Assembly (NCBI GenBank): GCA_977016875.1
Contig: CDRNST010000143.1
Coordinates: 3,286,001 to 3,350,000, forward strand
Origin: Pavona decussata
Lineage: Eukaryota
Reading direction: 5' to 3'
Length of the DNA: 64,000 nucleotides
Part shown: piece by piece, positions 1 through 14,800 of the stretch
How the letters are laid out: each line of letters starts with the position of its first letter
How positions within the stretch are numbered: the first letter of the stretch is position 1
Notes under the pieces: model-generated
Seen by the model: only the letters and a program-made list of their open reading frames with translations
What the model was told of the DNA's origin: nothing
Database searches by the model: none
Translations under genes and position numbers: made by a program

Positions 1-1962
1 GAATTTAAACACACAAAAAACTGTTTTTTGAAACGTTTTTGAAAGTTCGCTGATTTGTAGGATGATCCGTAGGAACAGCTTTTTGTCAGTGAAGTCGGCT
101 GACCAGCGAAACGCGATGTAATATATCTAAGAGAGAGTGTTTTGTATAGGGAATTATTTAGTTTTCTTCAATTTTCAGATTTCAGCGTGTGTACTTCCTT
201 AAAATGGTGTGCCCGTTTCGATAGTTATCGATGGTATAGCTTTAGATGTTTTGGTAGTTTCGGTCAAGTTTCCGAAGGATTCATTTATTTTCTTTCTGGC
301 TTTTAGCGTTTCCCGCTGTAAGGTGGCTGGTACCAGTTTCCTCGCGCGGTGAGCAGGTCTGACTATCGTGCATCACCCACGAAAGACACGCGCTAAAGAG
401 GGACTAAAAATCAAAACAAACATGGCGACGCGCGGCTTTTTCTCTTGCTAGGTTAGTTTTATCCTGTTTTAAACGAATTTCGCGTATATCCGAGACTGTC
501 TCTACTAGTATGACCTTAGTTAATTCCTTATGTTCAAGTTAAATTGTTTCTGGTGTTCAATGTTAAGTTTGAAAGGTAGAACTGCGATCGATCGTGACGG
601 AGCTTCAAGGACTCGCAAAATGTCTATCAAATGGAGAACCGACATACTACCACAAATTATCTCGCTTGATCGTCTTGCCCACATTCTATAGTTTGTATTT
701 TTGTGCTCAACGGCCACTCTTACGACGACCTTCACAAACTTTACACAACATTTGTAACTGACACCGCTCGCCATCCTGCCTAATCCACCGACAACTTCAT
801 CAGCGAGGCCGACACCGCGAGTAACGCGGGCGAGGAGAATGTTGGCCGCCATCGTTGTACACTTCGACGGAAACAACCGCGAAGAATAAGGACAAATGCC
901 CGAGAAAATGTCAAATAAAGAAGCTCAGCATTGTACAATTTAGAAGTCTCGCAATCTCCACATTCTGAAACACCGACTGACACGTGTCTTACAAGCAGTT
1001 TTGTCCATTTCAAACTTTCGCTTAAGCTATTTGGCAAACACATGGCTAATCTACCAGACGTTGTGAGAAACTCCTTCAAGGTGAGTCCAGGAGGCTGTAA
1101 CGGCCCCTAAGTAATCTTCTAAGCAGAAAACCTACTGGAAACGGCAGATCAACTGACTCCGAAACTCTACAAAGAGTAGCTGCCCGCATGAGCACACGCA
1201 ACAGTGAGCGGTAGTCAGAACAGATCATGAGCAACTATTGATCTTATAGAATCCAGATTTTGAAAGCGCGAAGACGCGCGTGTGAATAACTAAACTCACG
1301 AACACGAAGGCTTTTACATTTTAAAAACAAGTCCGGTGACCCCCTCTTTTTATTGTTTCAATATGATGTTATTATTGAGAGGAAAGATCAGAAAAAAAAC
1401 AAACCTGAGCCATGAAAGAGAACGCAGCAGCGCTCTTGGAGCAATTTTTTCCTAGAGATAAGAGACATCAGAAAAGAAACAGATCTTTTTGCTTTGAAAA
1501 TGCCATAATTTATTGGAATTTAAGCTTATTGTTATTTACCGTGGCCGCTTTCACAATCAAGAAAGTCTTTCAAGTAAATTTCTCTTCATCGAATTTATAA
1601 TCACTCTTTTTTGCTTACCTTCAAGAAAAAAGTTGTATCCGCTGTACCATGGTACATGTTCACCACAAAAAAATATTATAAGTGTTCCTTGAACAGTGTC
1701 AGAAGCTTTGCAAACTCAAATGAAAAGAAATAAACAACACCATCCGACGTCGCATGTTCATTCACAGAAGTAAAATTTTGATCTGTGCTCGCCAAACCCA
1801 TTTAAGTGCCGTGCTGTCATGCTTACATGACAGTTTTTGAGCCAATCAGAAACCGTCATTTTGAGACGGCAATACGACTTTATATTGACGTCTCAGCGCA
1901 ATGGGAAGATCCCCCAGGATCGCGATAATCTGAAAAGACACCGCAATTTGTGGGAAAAACCG

Positions 1963-2318
1963 AAAAGACCTATAACTTTGCTCAGATTCAACGAAAAATC
2001 TCTATTCTTTCACGAAAATGATTGTCAAATTATTCTCTACAGATTGAATGAGAATATCCTGACGCGCCGTGAACAGAAAATTTTCGCGTGTTTTTTTCCA
2101 CTAATTGAATTTTTCAGTTCAATTATTTTTAAATTTTTAAAAGACACAGCTTTTTGTGGAAAAAAACGAAAAAACCTATAACTTTGCTCAGATTCAACGA
2201 AAAATCTCCATCCCTGCACTAAAATGATTGTCGAATTATTCTCTACAGATTGAATGAGAAATTCCTGACGCGCCGTGAACAGAACATTTCCGCGTGTTTT
2301 CTTCCACTAATTGAATTT
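1963..2318. repeat. Two direct copies of an about 150-bp unit (period about 205 bp)
   Basis: CCTATAACTTTGCTCAGATTCAACGAAAAATCTC...CCACTAATTGAATTT occurs twice. Confidence 0.85.
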
Positions 2319-4065
2319 AAAACTCATTCACTGCGCATGCCCGAAAGTTAACGACAGAACCGACCGACCAACCAACCAACCAAGCGGAAAAGTCCACTAT
2401 CGCTATAACTCGTTCATTGCGCATGCGCGCATTCACGAGTTAAAAAGTAGGTGTGAATAATCCTTTGAACACGTTGCCATGGAAACCGCTAGAGCCGAAA
2501 TGACACTAAATTTTGGTCAACTATAAATTATATAATTCAACCCTACAAGGGTGTTACAATGGCCTTGGTTTATCTTTTTGTCCTATTCTTTCAAAGTCAT
2601 TAACTGTCAAAAAGCTGACAACTGGTACCAGCCACGTACCTTAAGTAACAATTTATTTTATGCCCCAATGTCCGGCGCATCACATTCCACGCATTGGTTT
2701 GTCTTAGGTATTAGTCAGGAGAATCTTCTTCGGTGATCATTTTCTTTCATATCTCATCTCCTGTACGTTGAACAAAGTACTGATGTTGTCAAGGGAAATC
2801 AGATGCTATTGGGGTGTTAAGGATGAAATTAAGATTGGCATTGAGAGGGTATCTTTGCCAATTCCATAAACCATATGGGAATTTGATATAATTTTGCGAT
2901 ATTTTTCAGATCTAAATAAAATTTTCTTACCAGTCCAAACTGTCTTTCAATCCGAGCATGAAAAGGTGGTTTCTTTTCTTGGCGGTACAGCTACCATTGA
3001 ATTCCTAGGTTCCGAATGAATTGTAGGCTCGATTTTCGCCGTCTCCCGGGTCCGGTCTGTGATCCTCCCCGAAGAGGGTATGAGTGCGGGCTCATTTTCC
3101 CGAACAGCGGCTGGTAATCGAGCCTAAATGAATTGCCATGTTCCGGAATTTGGGACATGTCAAGAGGTTAACCAACAGAATTGACGTCAGATACTCATCG
3201 GCGATCCAAATGGCATTGTTTTGTCAATTTTCGCATGATAACTCCTAATAACTCGATTGTTTAATGTTTCGAATTCAGAAGATAGCGATTTTCCGATGTG
3301 AGGCAGCTTCCAACATTAACTCAAACGTTCAATAAAACCTAAATTAGAGCTTACAATTCATTAGTGTCATCCCTGTGCACCTTTACATACCCTCGTCAGA
3401 TCCGTAACCGGCGCTGTTGTTGATTCTAACTCGTGCTTGGCCAGGTAGCACCGACAGTGTTGGAAAGAACACGTTAAAATTTGTAAAATGACTAGGTTTG
3501 AGAGTGATATTATCAGTTAAAACAGCGAAGACATACTTCCATAAATTCGGCAAATTTTACAGACGTGTGGGTGTCTACCGGGGTAACATTTTGCCTACCT
3601 AGAGGCAAATTAAAAAAAAAAAAAAACTTCATGAGGTCTGTAATCGTAATGATGGGGACGTTAAGCAACCACAACGGCAACGCCAACAAAAACCTCACTT
3701 AGAAATACAAATCCATTCTATCTGATCTACTATTTGCTTCTCCCGACCCCTTCAACCTGTACGATTTAACCGAAGAACGTCACTTGAAAATACTTTAATT
3801 TGCTAACCGCGTGAGACAATGTAGCTACTCACCCACCCTATGTCGTTTGGTGTCCCACTTAACACTTTCCGCAACTAGACCCCCATACGGTGATAAAATG
3901 TCATCACCGACAATTTGCCGATTGTCTCCGATTTAAGCGCGAACGGTATACAATTAAAGAGTCCCTTAATATGAGAAACAAAAGCCCCATTGTCTTCTAG
4001 AAAGTCAACCATGGCAACAATAGGCAAAGTTTGATACGAATAGGTGACACTGCCCCTTTAAGATG

Positions 4066-5178
4066 TCATATACTGTTATTCCTTGCTATTTTCGTCAACA
4101 CGACCGCGGGTGTGGAGAACTCCTTCATATTCGACAACGGTGTTTTTCTGTCAACCAATTCTAGGTTATGAAGGGAAGATGTATTCTTACACCTTTGCCG
4201 TCTGGGGCTATTTTCCCTCTCTTTGCTTTTGTGCTTAGCTTGCAGCCACCATGTTTGACGCAATACCTCTTTCAAAGCTTGACGGTATTTTGGTATTGTC
4301 CATGCATAAAGAAACGGATTCAATCCCGAGTTTAGAAACAGAATCGGTTCGGAGAGCTTACTGACAGTTTTTACCACTGGCACATCCATACAGGGTTCAC
4401 AAAGCAGTTCTACATGCAGCATTATATACAATGGAAGCATACAAGAGATGGCAACCAACAACAGACGAAAAACAGTTTGTGTCATTTTCTTCTCTGATCT
4501 GAGCTTTTTTTCGATGTCATCGTACGTAGGTTGTCTTCTTGTTTGGCTGTTGTAGCCTTGAGTCCGTAAAGACCGCGCTAACTGGCGTTTTATTGTCAAA
4601 TAGATGGCTATGTAAAGGCCGATTAAGATGGCGCCAAACAAGGTATAGTTCACGTGTAGATCTATCCAGTAAAATACATCTTGCGGTACGCCAATAAAGC
4701 GGAGCATACTGAACAAAACAGAGTAAATCCACAGTAGAGCTATCAGCGTAAAAATGCGTTTTCGGTTCATCTTTCGATCGTGTAACAAGGGATATCTCAC
4801 TGCAACGTACCGATCATACGCCAGTGAAAGGATAGTTAAAATAGATGCATTTACAAAAATGTATGCTGTTGATTCCCCGATGACATACAAAATTGCGCTT
4901 TCTTTTTCCACAGATCTGCTAATTTCAAATGCTGCGTAAAAAGGCTCTGTTATCAGACCCGTGAGAAGGTCCGCAAAGGCCAGATTGACCACCAGATAAC
5001 TTGCTGTATTTCTCAGGCGTCGGTATGGATCTCTGTAAATTGTGAAACAAAGAAGTGAATTTCCCACAATCGCGATGACACCAACGAGTGCATTAGTTAA
5101 ACCGATGACCAGGGCTGTTCTCGAGCCTTCCGCATTTTCGAAATTGTCTTTTCCACCTGTTCTATTGCTTGATTCCAT
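4066..5178 (-). CDS. Intronless class A (rhodopsin-like) GPCR, orphan, 370 aa
   Basis: Seven hydrophobic segments; GN in TM1, NLAFAD in TM2, YDRY in TM3, W in TM4, CMLP in TM6, NSGLNPFLY (NPxxY) in TM7; N-terminal sequon NRT. Confidence 0.95.
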   Translation of the reverse strand: MESSNRTGGKDNFENAEGSRTALVIGLTNALVGVIAIVGNSLLCFTIYRDPYRRLRNTASYLVVNLAFADLLTGLITEPFYAAFEISRSVEKESAILYVIGESTAYIFVNASILTILSLAYDRYVAVRYPLLHDRKMNRKRIFTLIALLWIYSVLFSMLRFIGVPQDVFYWIDLHVNYTLFGAILIGLYIAIYLTIKRQLARSLRTQGYNSQTRRQPTYDDIEKKLRSEKKMTQTVFRLLLVAISCMLPLYIMLHVELLCEPCMDVPVVKTVSKLSEPILFLNSGLNPFLYAWTIPKYRQALKEVLRQTWWLQAKHKSKERENSPRRQRCKNTSSLHNLELVDRKTPLSNMKEFSTPAVVLTKIARNNSI

Positions 5179-7306
5179 GTCCTTCTGATCGCTGTGGTTG
5201 AATACTTTTTAATGTTGGCCCGATTGTTTTTGTGTTTAAAACGTTTTTAACTGACGAGAAAGCATTTTGGACGGAATTTTCAGTACAGTGAATGCCTGCA
5301 GATCAGAGTTTTCAATAAACCCGGAGCGTTCTCCGTTGTTTCTTTTAAAATTAGTTTGGAAATTTCCCTTATAATGCCATTCAGATTATTTATTTCTGCG
5401 AGTGAAATATACGAATAATCATGTGATATTTGATGACTTATTTCTGTTGACTGCAGGGGATAATTCGTTAACAAAAATAACGTGGATTGGATATTACTCC
5501 ATGAAACCATCATCTAAGTGATTTCCTTGTCTGGAAGTTGTGCTCTATTAAGAAAATTAAATATATAGTATGAGTGACAGTTTTTAGGTTTTAATAACAT
5601 CCTTAGCTCTCATGTGAAAGAAATGATTAAAAAGTAACATTTCGAGTTCGTGTTGATTGAACTTGCCTCGGGGATGTCACGTATTCCTGGGGTGCGCAGA
5701 CATGCAATCGGTGTAAGACTGAGGTTATTGTACAATGAAACAAAACTAATGAAATGAAATTTACTTTCTTTGGTGAGTTGTTTGGATTCAACAACCATTA
5801 AATACAGAATTATTCTGTCGAACAACTACCGCGGGCCAGATGTTCGGCAGCCAATGGGAAGAGAAATAATCCTATTAGATATAACGAGGAAGTATTGTGA
5901 AACAATGGAGGATCTGACATCTGAGCCAGAAAATAATTTCCCGCAGAAAAGTAAATGAAAACAACCGATTCCCATCTCGCCTTCGGTTTCAAGAGCCGTT
6001 ACGGTGCGTTTTAGTGTTTCCGTGCCAGGCTCTGTAATGCAAACTGGCCTTAACTTGCGAAACGTATTCTGGAATAAATTTGAGATAAAGAGTAAATGTT
6101 GGCGTGAAAGGAGGGTTAACCTTTTTGGTAGTAATATATATTAAAAAACACCGAAAAATGTTTAAAAGGAATAATCTATCCTCGGACGACATCTCGTACC
6201 CGTGGGGTGGGGGGAGGGACGGAGAAACCGGTTCCCAGGTTAGGAACTACAACTATTCAATTAGGTCGATTGCACCGAGAAAGGGAAAGGCTAAAGAAAT
6301 CTGGGAGACAAACAATGAAGCAAAAATTCGGCCGCTTAATTAGCATTTGTGGGTTACTTGTTCAATAGTTTAATTTACGTAATGGGAGATGTTTGCCGGT
6401 AGTAAAACGTCTCACGCGCAATGGGATTTAAGCCGGCGTTCAAACTGTGTACGTGATGCAATATTTTGATAAAATAACAATATAGTGTAGAATTCTTCTA
6501 ACATTTTCGCAGAGTAGCATGAACACTCACTGTGGGATTCTGAACTGATTTATTCAAGTAAATCACATATGTAATTTCCTACAAGGCTGGCCTTACTTCA
6601 CTTAAACAGACCTAAAAATGAATGCCCATTTCATTTATCGCACAGACGCGTTTTTCTATCATTGAGCATTCATTCACTTATTGGCTTCAAGTTTGCTCCG
6701 GAGTTAATGAGCCAAGAGGAGGAGGGCGAAGCCCATTTGGTTGTCCTGGAACTTAGGCAACGTCGATGACGACGGCAACGAGAACGCCACAAAACAGTAA
6801 GTTTAATGACGAAAAACAATCGCTCTGCATTTGCGTTTTAAATTTTGGTACATTTCGTTGCCGTTCTCTGCAAAACAACAACGTGAAATGACCAAATTGA
6901 AGGTTATTGAGAACGTGAGCACAACACAGTACATTTGTTCAACTTGAACGCCGTTGGTATCAATTTAGTATCTGTATAGGTCAACAGCATTGTGCAATTT
7001 AGTAGCGTGAATCTATACATTCAAGTGACGTTGCCTTCGTCATTACCTATCATCGACCATAGCACATGTAGAGAAGGCCGTAGGAACCATGATTTCTTTT
7101 GATTTTTTTGTAATTATAATACAATCATCGTTTTTTTTTTATTTTCCAATCACAGTCATTTTGTTTCACTATAGTGTACTACTTAAAACAGACTAAACGT
7201 CTCCTTAATTGTTGAAGTTGGCTGTGCGTTTGAGTTGTCGACTCTCGTTGAAAACTTAGTTGTGTTATCTGATTATTTATTGGCGAACGCTTCTGAAATG
7301 AAGCTG

Positions 7307-7715
7307 TTACTTTGCTGGTCGGCACTGTGATGGGTCGATTAAAGAACCTGCTGCATTGGCTTTCACAGGCTCGTAGAAGTCATCCCAGCTTACCACCGGA
7401 TTCCCCGTTGTAAACCCATGACAGGTTTCTCCGACACCCTTTATCTCTTCCACTGTAAGGACCCTGTCCCACAACGCGAACCCGCTAATATATAGATCGC
7501 CTCTGTCTTCAGCCGCCAAATGCTCTTGTACACCCATTAAAGTCATGTATTCGCCTCCACGCCTATCGGGTGCTCTGCAGGGACGGGCGTACAATTTTTC
7601 TCTAGGTACTTCGACGCCATCTTTGTAGAATTTTCCGCTTTTATCGTCATTTGCTTTCCACGAGACACACAAATGATACCACTGGTTTCGTACAAGTTCT
7701 TCAAGTTGCACTTCG
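7307..7715 (-). CDS. Gene A exon 7 (pentraxin domain 2, C-half, terminal)
   Basis: WYHLCVSW...FYKDG...[12 protein letters not shown]...stop. Confidence 0.9.
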
Positions 7716-10700
7716 CTGTAATAGAAAGACGAACACAGTTATTTTACAGGTGATTTTGGACCTGGGCGGTTCTTGTTTTGTCACCTTTGATAAAATCATT
7801 TGAAACTACATAGGTTAATTGCGCGTTACGTCATGTCGGCCATGTTGGTGGTATGGAACAATAAGATTATTCCCCTCTGGGAGTTAACTGCCATTTATAT
7901 GCAAACTATGTGAGCAAATTTCCTTTTGTTTTTACCACCAACATGGCGGCAATGCAATCCACCTATTAGATTACTCAAATTAGAATCAAATTTAGTACAA
8001 TTTTGACAACGAAAACGCTTACACCTTTTAAGCAACGAGAGTTGCAATGTAGTGTTCCAGGAAATGTTTTTAATAATGACAGGAGCCCGGGTAATGGAAT
8101 CCTGATAATGATAATGACTCACAATTACAATGAAGATGAAATGATGGTGATGATAATGATGGTTGTGGAGGTGGTGATGATGATGAGAACGGTGATAATG
8201 GGTATGGGGGTGACAATGACGATGATGACGATAATGATGATGATGGGCATGATNNNNNNNNNNNNNNNNNNNNNNNNNNNNNNNNNNNNNNNNNNNNNNN
8301 NNNNNNNNNNNNNNNNNNNNNNNNNNNNNNNNNNNNNNNNNNNNNNNNNNNNNNNNNNNNNNNNNNNNNNNNNNNNNNNNNNNNNNNNNNNNNNNNNNNN
8401 NNNNNNNNNNNNNNNNNNNNNNNNNNNNNNNNNNNNNNNNNNNNNNNNNNNNNNNNNNNNNNNNNNNNNNNNNNNNNNNNNNNNNNNNNNNNNNNNNNNN
8501 NNNNNNNNNNNNNNNNNNNNNNNGAGGATGTTGGTGGTGACGGTGACGGTTATCGTGATGTTAATGAAAATGATGGCTGTCGTCATAAACAGCCGATTAA
8601 TGAATGTGACTCTTTCGATCTGGTTTGCATTCTCGTGTTCTCTTGTATTCCTCACCATATTGATGATCCATAACTCTTCAACGGAAACAGCTGAAAACGG
8701 TGCACAACTTTCTGGCGGCACTTCGCACAATACCAGTTCTTAAATATGAGACCAAAGCCATATCCATCATTCCCTTGGCTTGGTTTGTATTCCATCAGCG
8801 TTAATTCCCTATAGGGCCAACTGTCAAACATCACCCAAATGCACATGGTCATTTGTGAGAGCCGTGCAGGCACTGTAGTGATTTTAGCCTGGTCACGACT
8901 AATTAATTGTGACGAAAGGTGAACATCATAACTATGTTGAGCTGAAAAAGAGGGAAAATGGTGCAATAAACTAAAAGTCAACATTTTTTTTTAAGCTCAG
9001 GGAATTGTGTATCAAGTGAGGGAAATTCTAAAGTTTACTTCAAAATCAGTTTAAAGCGAGGAAATTTCACTGTTGAGTAGCCACTAGGTTTGGGAAAGGG
9101 TTTCTCTTTGGCAAAGGTAAAGTTTCAAAGTTGCCGCATTTACGAAGGAATTGGTTTCTGTGACGTCATCGCTGGCTTTATTGGCGAGTTATTTGACTTC
9201 TGTGGTCAGTGAAAGCTAGTTTCTGGTCAGTGATTAAATGAGGTTCGATTTTATCACCCGAGCTCGATTCGATTGCAATCGTGCTCCAGTGAAGACTATA
9301 GATAATCATTAGAGTTGTTTTCAATTAAGTGACGAAAGTAATTTTGCGTTTGCTTTGGTTTTGCTTTACTGCGCTCTGTGATTGGTTAAAAAAGTTCGTG
9401 CCACTATCTCAACCAATGATAAGCCAAACCCTCAAAACAATAGTGTTTTGCTTGAGCGCGCTTAACGCCGTTTACTTGGATTTCCTTGGAATTCTGATTT
9501 GCTTATTGTGCTGTTTATGTCTGCTGTGATTGGCCAGAGTAGTTACTTTGGTCTGGGTGTTGGAAACTTAATCGAAAACCGCTTTGTGTTCGTTTGTAAA
9601 TGAACCCGAAAGACACGAGAAAGTGTACAAGAGGAAAGGTACAAGAAATTCTAGGCAGTATTTCCTAAATTTCTCAAACTTTATCCAATCCCTCACTCAC
9701 TGTTGTTTGTCCAATTGTCAGACCACAGTTTTTGGTCAGAACATGTGTTTGTTATTTTTCACACAACATGCTTTGTCAAGTTTATGAATGATTTTATACA
9801 AGACACAATCAGAAATGTTTATTGACATCTTACGACATTCCTGTGTGTTGCACGCCTCTGTTTCTTCAGCAGGTCCCAGGCCGCTACAGTCCTTTCCAGC
9901 TCCAGCCGGCGGGGGACTGGTACAAGTTCTTGTTCGTGTTTTCACTCCTCCTTCACAAGAAGCACTGCATACAGAAAACGCCGACCATTGTGAGTAACCG
10001 CCATTCACCGCTATGAGGTAGAAAAAAACGGGGTTTTTTTATAGATCCTTCTTTTGTTGTTAAATGTCAAGGTCTGGCTGCCTGGGCCAGTTGTTTTAAG
10101 ACCGATCAAGCTAATTCTGGGTTAACGTGAACTTTATTTCGAGTTTAATCAATAAAGATTCCTCCAAAAGATTTTTGGCCCTCAGTTTCGACTTATACAT
10201 TTCTCTACCATTAGCTAAAAAATAACCCTCTAATTTAAAAACATTTTCTACGAACGAGATGAAAACCTCGGTAAACTTTTGGTCGTGGATTAGAATTAAT
10301 TTGCTTTCGAACAACCGGACTAGGGACACTTGAAGACCGAAATATGGTAGGGGTATTTATATCTGATCCATCTTCGTTAGTTCAGTTGGAAAGGAACTTA
10401 GCATCTCCCGCCCAGTGGTCCTCCTCAGTGCAAGAAATCAACGTGTTGATTGTCAACAAGCATTTTTTCAGATGTTACCATTGACGAAAGAGAACGCTTC
10501 CTAAACTACTTGTTGCCCTGTAATTTATATCCTGTGTAACTAAGCAGGAAAACGGCTTTTTTTTTTCCTTTGGGCTACCCTGTATAATTTTGGCGTCATT
10601 CTGCGTTGATTACTTAGAGTGGCACACATGCACTTTGAAAGGTTTTGTGCTTTTAAGAGAACCTGTCATGATCAGTGCATGCGCGAACTGTGAATATCAG

Positions 10701-11847
10701 TCTAATGTTTTAAGTTTGATTCGCCAAATTCGAAAGAGCTTCCACTTGGGAAAACAGCCGTACTTCAAAGAAAGGACAACTTGGTGGGAAAAACGTGTGT
10801 TTGCTAGGATGAGGATGTTTAGAAATTAAGTTTTGCTTCAGTCGCGCTTCGAGGTACAACAATTCTCGGCAGGTAATTTGTGGCCGATAGTGCATGCGCT
10901 GTTTTTTGAAAACTTCTAGGTGGTGAATGAGGTTTTTCTCCTCACTTGACGTGCTCACAAACCTTCACAATCTGGAAGTGCCTCATTGTGATTAAGAAAG
11001 AGTTCAGGTAAACAAACGAGACAAAGTTGATTTCCTCGGCGCAAAGGGTCACCACTGAATTTCAGTTAAAATTGGTATAATTGAGAATCTTCCTTAGCCT
11101 GGCTGTACTGAGTTAAAATTATCCACAGATCATCAGCATCGCCATCCGTCGCGTCACACTGAACCCAGCTGTGGGTGAAACACGGCATTCTTTTTAACCG
11201 ATTTAACGTCTCCTGACCCCTAAATCATCGCTTATAGATAAAGCTACATTACTTTTGCTTTCGAATGACGTATTAAACTTAGCGATCTGTTGAATTATGT
11301 CGGAGAAAAAATATACACATATAAATGTGAGACGTTAGCGATGAACTGAGAGTGTTACGGATAGCTAAGTGATTCATGAAACAATTCTCTTTCCAAAATG
11401 ACGTACTAATCCCACCAATTTTTGGAGATACGTTTGAGAAAATAAGGTATTGATGAGAGAGGTTTATAAACAGGTTAACAATACCAACACTGTGTCAGAA
11501 ATATGGCGTTTTCTGGGGGTGTTTAACGTCCTTTGACCTTAAAATCATCGACTGCAGCAATTTTTTTAGTGGCCAAAATAAATACGTAGTCTGAGAGAGT
11601 CTGACAGTAAGACGTAGTACTCATCTCGACCCGATACAACTGATGAAACTCTGGTTTTAAATGGAGTTGTAGTACCAAATTTAATGTCTATCTCAAGGAC
11701 GTTGGCTTCTTCTGCTACTGCGCATACGTTCTATGTATCTTGAGGTGGTCTGCTGGAGAGACTCTGATTTCTTTTGCACGGTGCCTACTAATTAACAATT
11801 GTTCCACGAGCGCGCGTTAGATATGAGATGATAGATAGCCAATTAAT

Positions 11848-11879
<32 letters not shown>

Positions 11880-14800
11880 AATCAAGGAATTATGCTAGAT
11901 CTTGCTGATTTCGCTTTGCAAGAACAACCAGAAGAGAATTTAATAATCGTTTTCAATCGGGCATGGTATAATGGCTCATATACAGTGTACCATGGCTGCT
12001 GAACCCTGGTGCGATGATCCAGTTTTTAATAATTCAAGATATTTTTGTGTGGTTTATGACTATGCGGGAAAAAAAGATTGCGGCAAGAGCTACTGAAATC
12101 CAAAGAGAAAATTGGGGGTAGCCTCACATTTTTCAGAGGTAATTAAGCTTCCATTTGGAAAACATTTCATACATTTTTTTGTATGTTAAAGCTTTTTAGA
12201 ATAATTGTCGCTTAATTGTCTCTGAAAAATACGTGTTTACCCTCAATTTTTCTTTTTGAATTTCAATGTCCCTTGCTAAGATCTGCTTTTCCCGCATAGT
12301 CATAATTTTATAATCGTTTTCAATCGGGCATGGTATAATGGCTCATATACAGTGTACCATGGCTGCTGAACCCTGGTACGATGATCCAGTTTTTAATAAT
12401 TCAAGATATTTTTGTGTGGTTTATGACTATGCGGGAAAAAAAAGATTGCGGCAAGAGCTATTGAAATCCAAAGAGAAAATTGGGGGTAGCCTCGCATTTT
12501 TCAGAGGTAATTAAGCTTCAATTTGGAAAACATTTCATACATTTTTTTGTATGTTAAAGCTTTTTAGAATAATTGTCGCTTAATTGTCTCTGAAAAATAC
12601 GTGTTTACCCTCAATTTTCTTTTTGAATTTCAATGTCCCTTGCTAAGATCTGCTTTTCCCGCATAGTCATAAACCACACAAAAATACCTCGACTGAATTA
12701 GGAGAGTAAAATCAGTCTAGTAAAATCAGTGAGCCTCCAAAATTTGGGACATCAAACTCGACCGAAGTACTCAGTTGAAGTGGAATCAACGTATCAGTCC
12801 GGCGACCAATTTCATGTATCATTGGTAATGTTTCTTAGAACAGAGCTGCAAAACACACTATCAAATCAGGAGCGAGTGACTTAATTTCTTGTTGCTTATG
12901 CCTATACTGAGTTTGGTCAACAAGTAAGACTTTACTAAACAGTGAAGCAACCCGCTGGTTTTTCGACACAAGCGGTTACCGTTGTGAAAAACGTTAAGAT
13001 GTAGACTATATTTCCTTCGAAAGACACCATCGGAAAAGTGGCAGAAAGTACCAATCATTTCTCATTTTTCTGTAAGTACTGAGTTTGTTTGCATTTGTAG
13101 GGAACAATCTGTTAAAAAGTGAATGGGTTATGGTGTTTGGAATACATCATGAAATACAACTGAAACAATTTTGAGATGTCACCGAAACCTTACGGTTACC
13201 TATTTGATTTCATCAAGTTGTTATTGTGATTTCCATTTTACACACCATGCACGTGTATTCTTTACAAGAGGATAAGTGTGAGCAAGGATTACGTTTTGGG
13301 CTAACTGAACACTAGACGGAGCTCATTCATCCAAACACGTAAATTGAAATGGCTGTGTAGACCGAAGACGTGAATTTCGATTGGCGTCAAAGACTCAAAG
13401 ACTCATAGCAAACCTCGCAGTTAAGAACGACCCTAAATTATGAAACGTTGCATTTACCATCAACCATTCTCGGTTTACACTATAAGGAAAGCGAAGTAAA
13501 CAAAAGGAAAAGAGCTGCGCAAAGAACACAGAGATATGCACACAGGCAGTAGGACATGGATACGGTCTAGGATATCTTGGAAAGGCTGAAATGAAGCCGA
13601 GTTAAAGTGAGGAGAGGAGCCCTTGTTGAGCTCGATTTAATGCTCGAGGGAGGCTAAAATGACTTTTAAAGCCCAATTTTTAGAGAATAAATCACCCTGT
13701 CAAAGAATTCAGTCGATATGTGCAATAGTGTTCCGACAGTACTACTTACTTTTAGGGACCTGACACTGGGAAGGCGTCCTTACAAACGATGTCAACGCGT
13801 TGTCTCCCCTGCATGCCTCGTAAAAGTCTCGCCAACGAACAATAGGCTGGCGCATGCCTCCGTCGCATTTGCTAGCTTCATAAGTAATATCGTATTCAGC
13901 CAGCTCTCTGTCCCATAGATAAAAATCTGTCATTTCAATATGTTCTGTCCTTCTCCCTCCTCCAAGTTGCAATGTGTTTCCCGCGGGTATTCTTCCACCA
14001 TTGCAGATATGATAATCAAGCTGGTTTCCATTCAGGTAGTACCTTGTAATGCCTATTTCTCTGTCCCATAAAAGACAGATGTGATTCCAGTCTGTGCTCC
14101 CCATAAGTCTTTCTGCGTCAAATTCGCTGCAGCAAATAATTATAATCGTTGTGGTAACTGAAAAGAACCTCAATCAACATATTCACATGAATTCAAAAAC
14201 TTCAATTTATTATTTTTTTTGTAAAGGTTCAAATAATACTATTAAGCCCTGGCCAAACGAAGCATTAACAAGGCGCCAAATTTCAGATTGCTCAGTTTGA
14301 TCAAGATTGGTGTTTACTTGCAATGCTAGGTAGTCATTAGGCTGAAATTTGCCCGGAAATTTGCGCAGGTTTATTATACCTTAGTCACGCAATGTAAGGA
14401 ATTCGTAGCAGTGCTGAGTGCGCAAGACTGCATTGAATATTCTTTTTTTTTTTTTAATTTGCGTCACTTTTTAGTCTGTTGGAACACCCATCGCAAGTTT
14501 GTGGATAAAAATGGCATTTCCAACCCACAATAAATTGTAAGTTCACTTTTCCAGGGATTATCATCATCATCATCATCTCTATTTATATAAACACGGAGTC
14601 CCTTTCATAAAATCCCTTTCATAGAACCCCTTTCAAGTGTGAAAGATACAATAAGTCATCGATATGGGAAATAGGAGTATTAAGTCTTAAGTATATATGA
14701 ATTAATTACAAATATAATACAATACGGAAAACATATAATAAAGCATACAACAGGAGATAATTAGGACTATTATGTATAAATAGAAAACTAAGGTCTTAAA

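Noticed and set aside
320-1300. ORFs 520-876 and 780-1079 as a gene or transposase
   Set aside because: No recognisable domain; a GGTGGCTGGTACCAGTTTCC TIR-like end at about 322 suggests transposon-derived sequence, but no partner end was found.
8003-8743. 246-aa and 201-aa ORFs
   Set aside because: Artefacts of a GAT microsatellite and the N gap.
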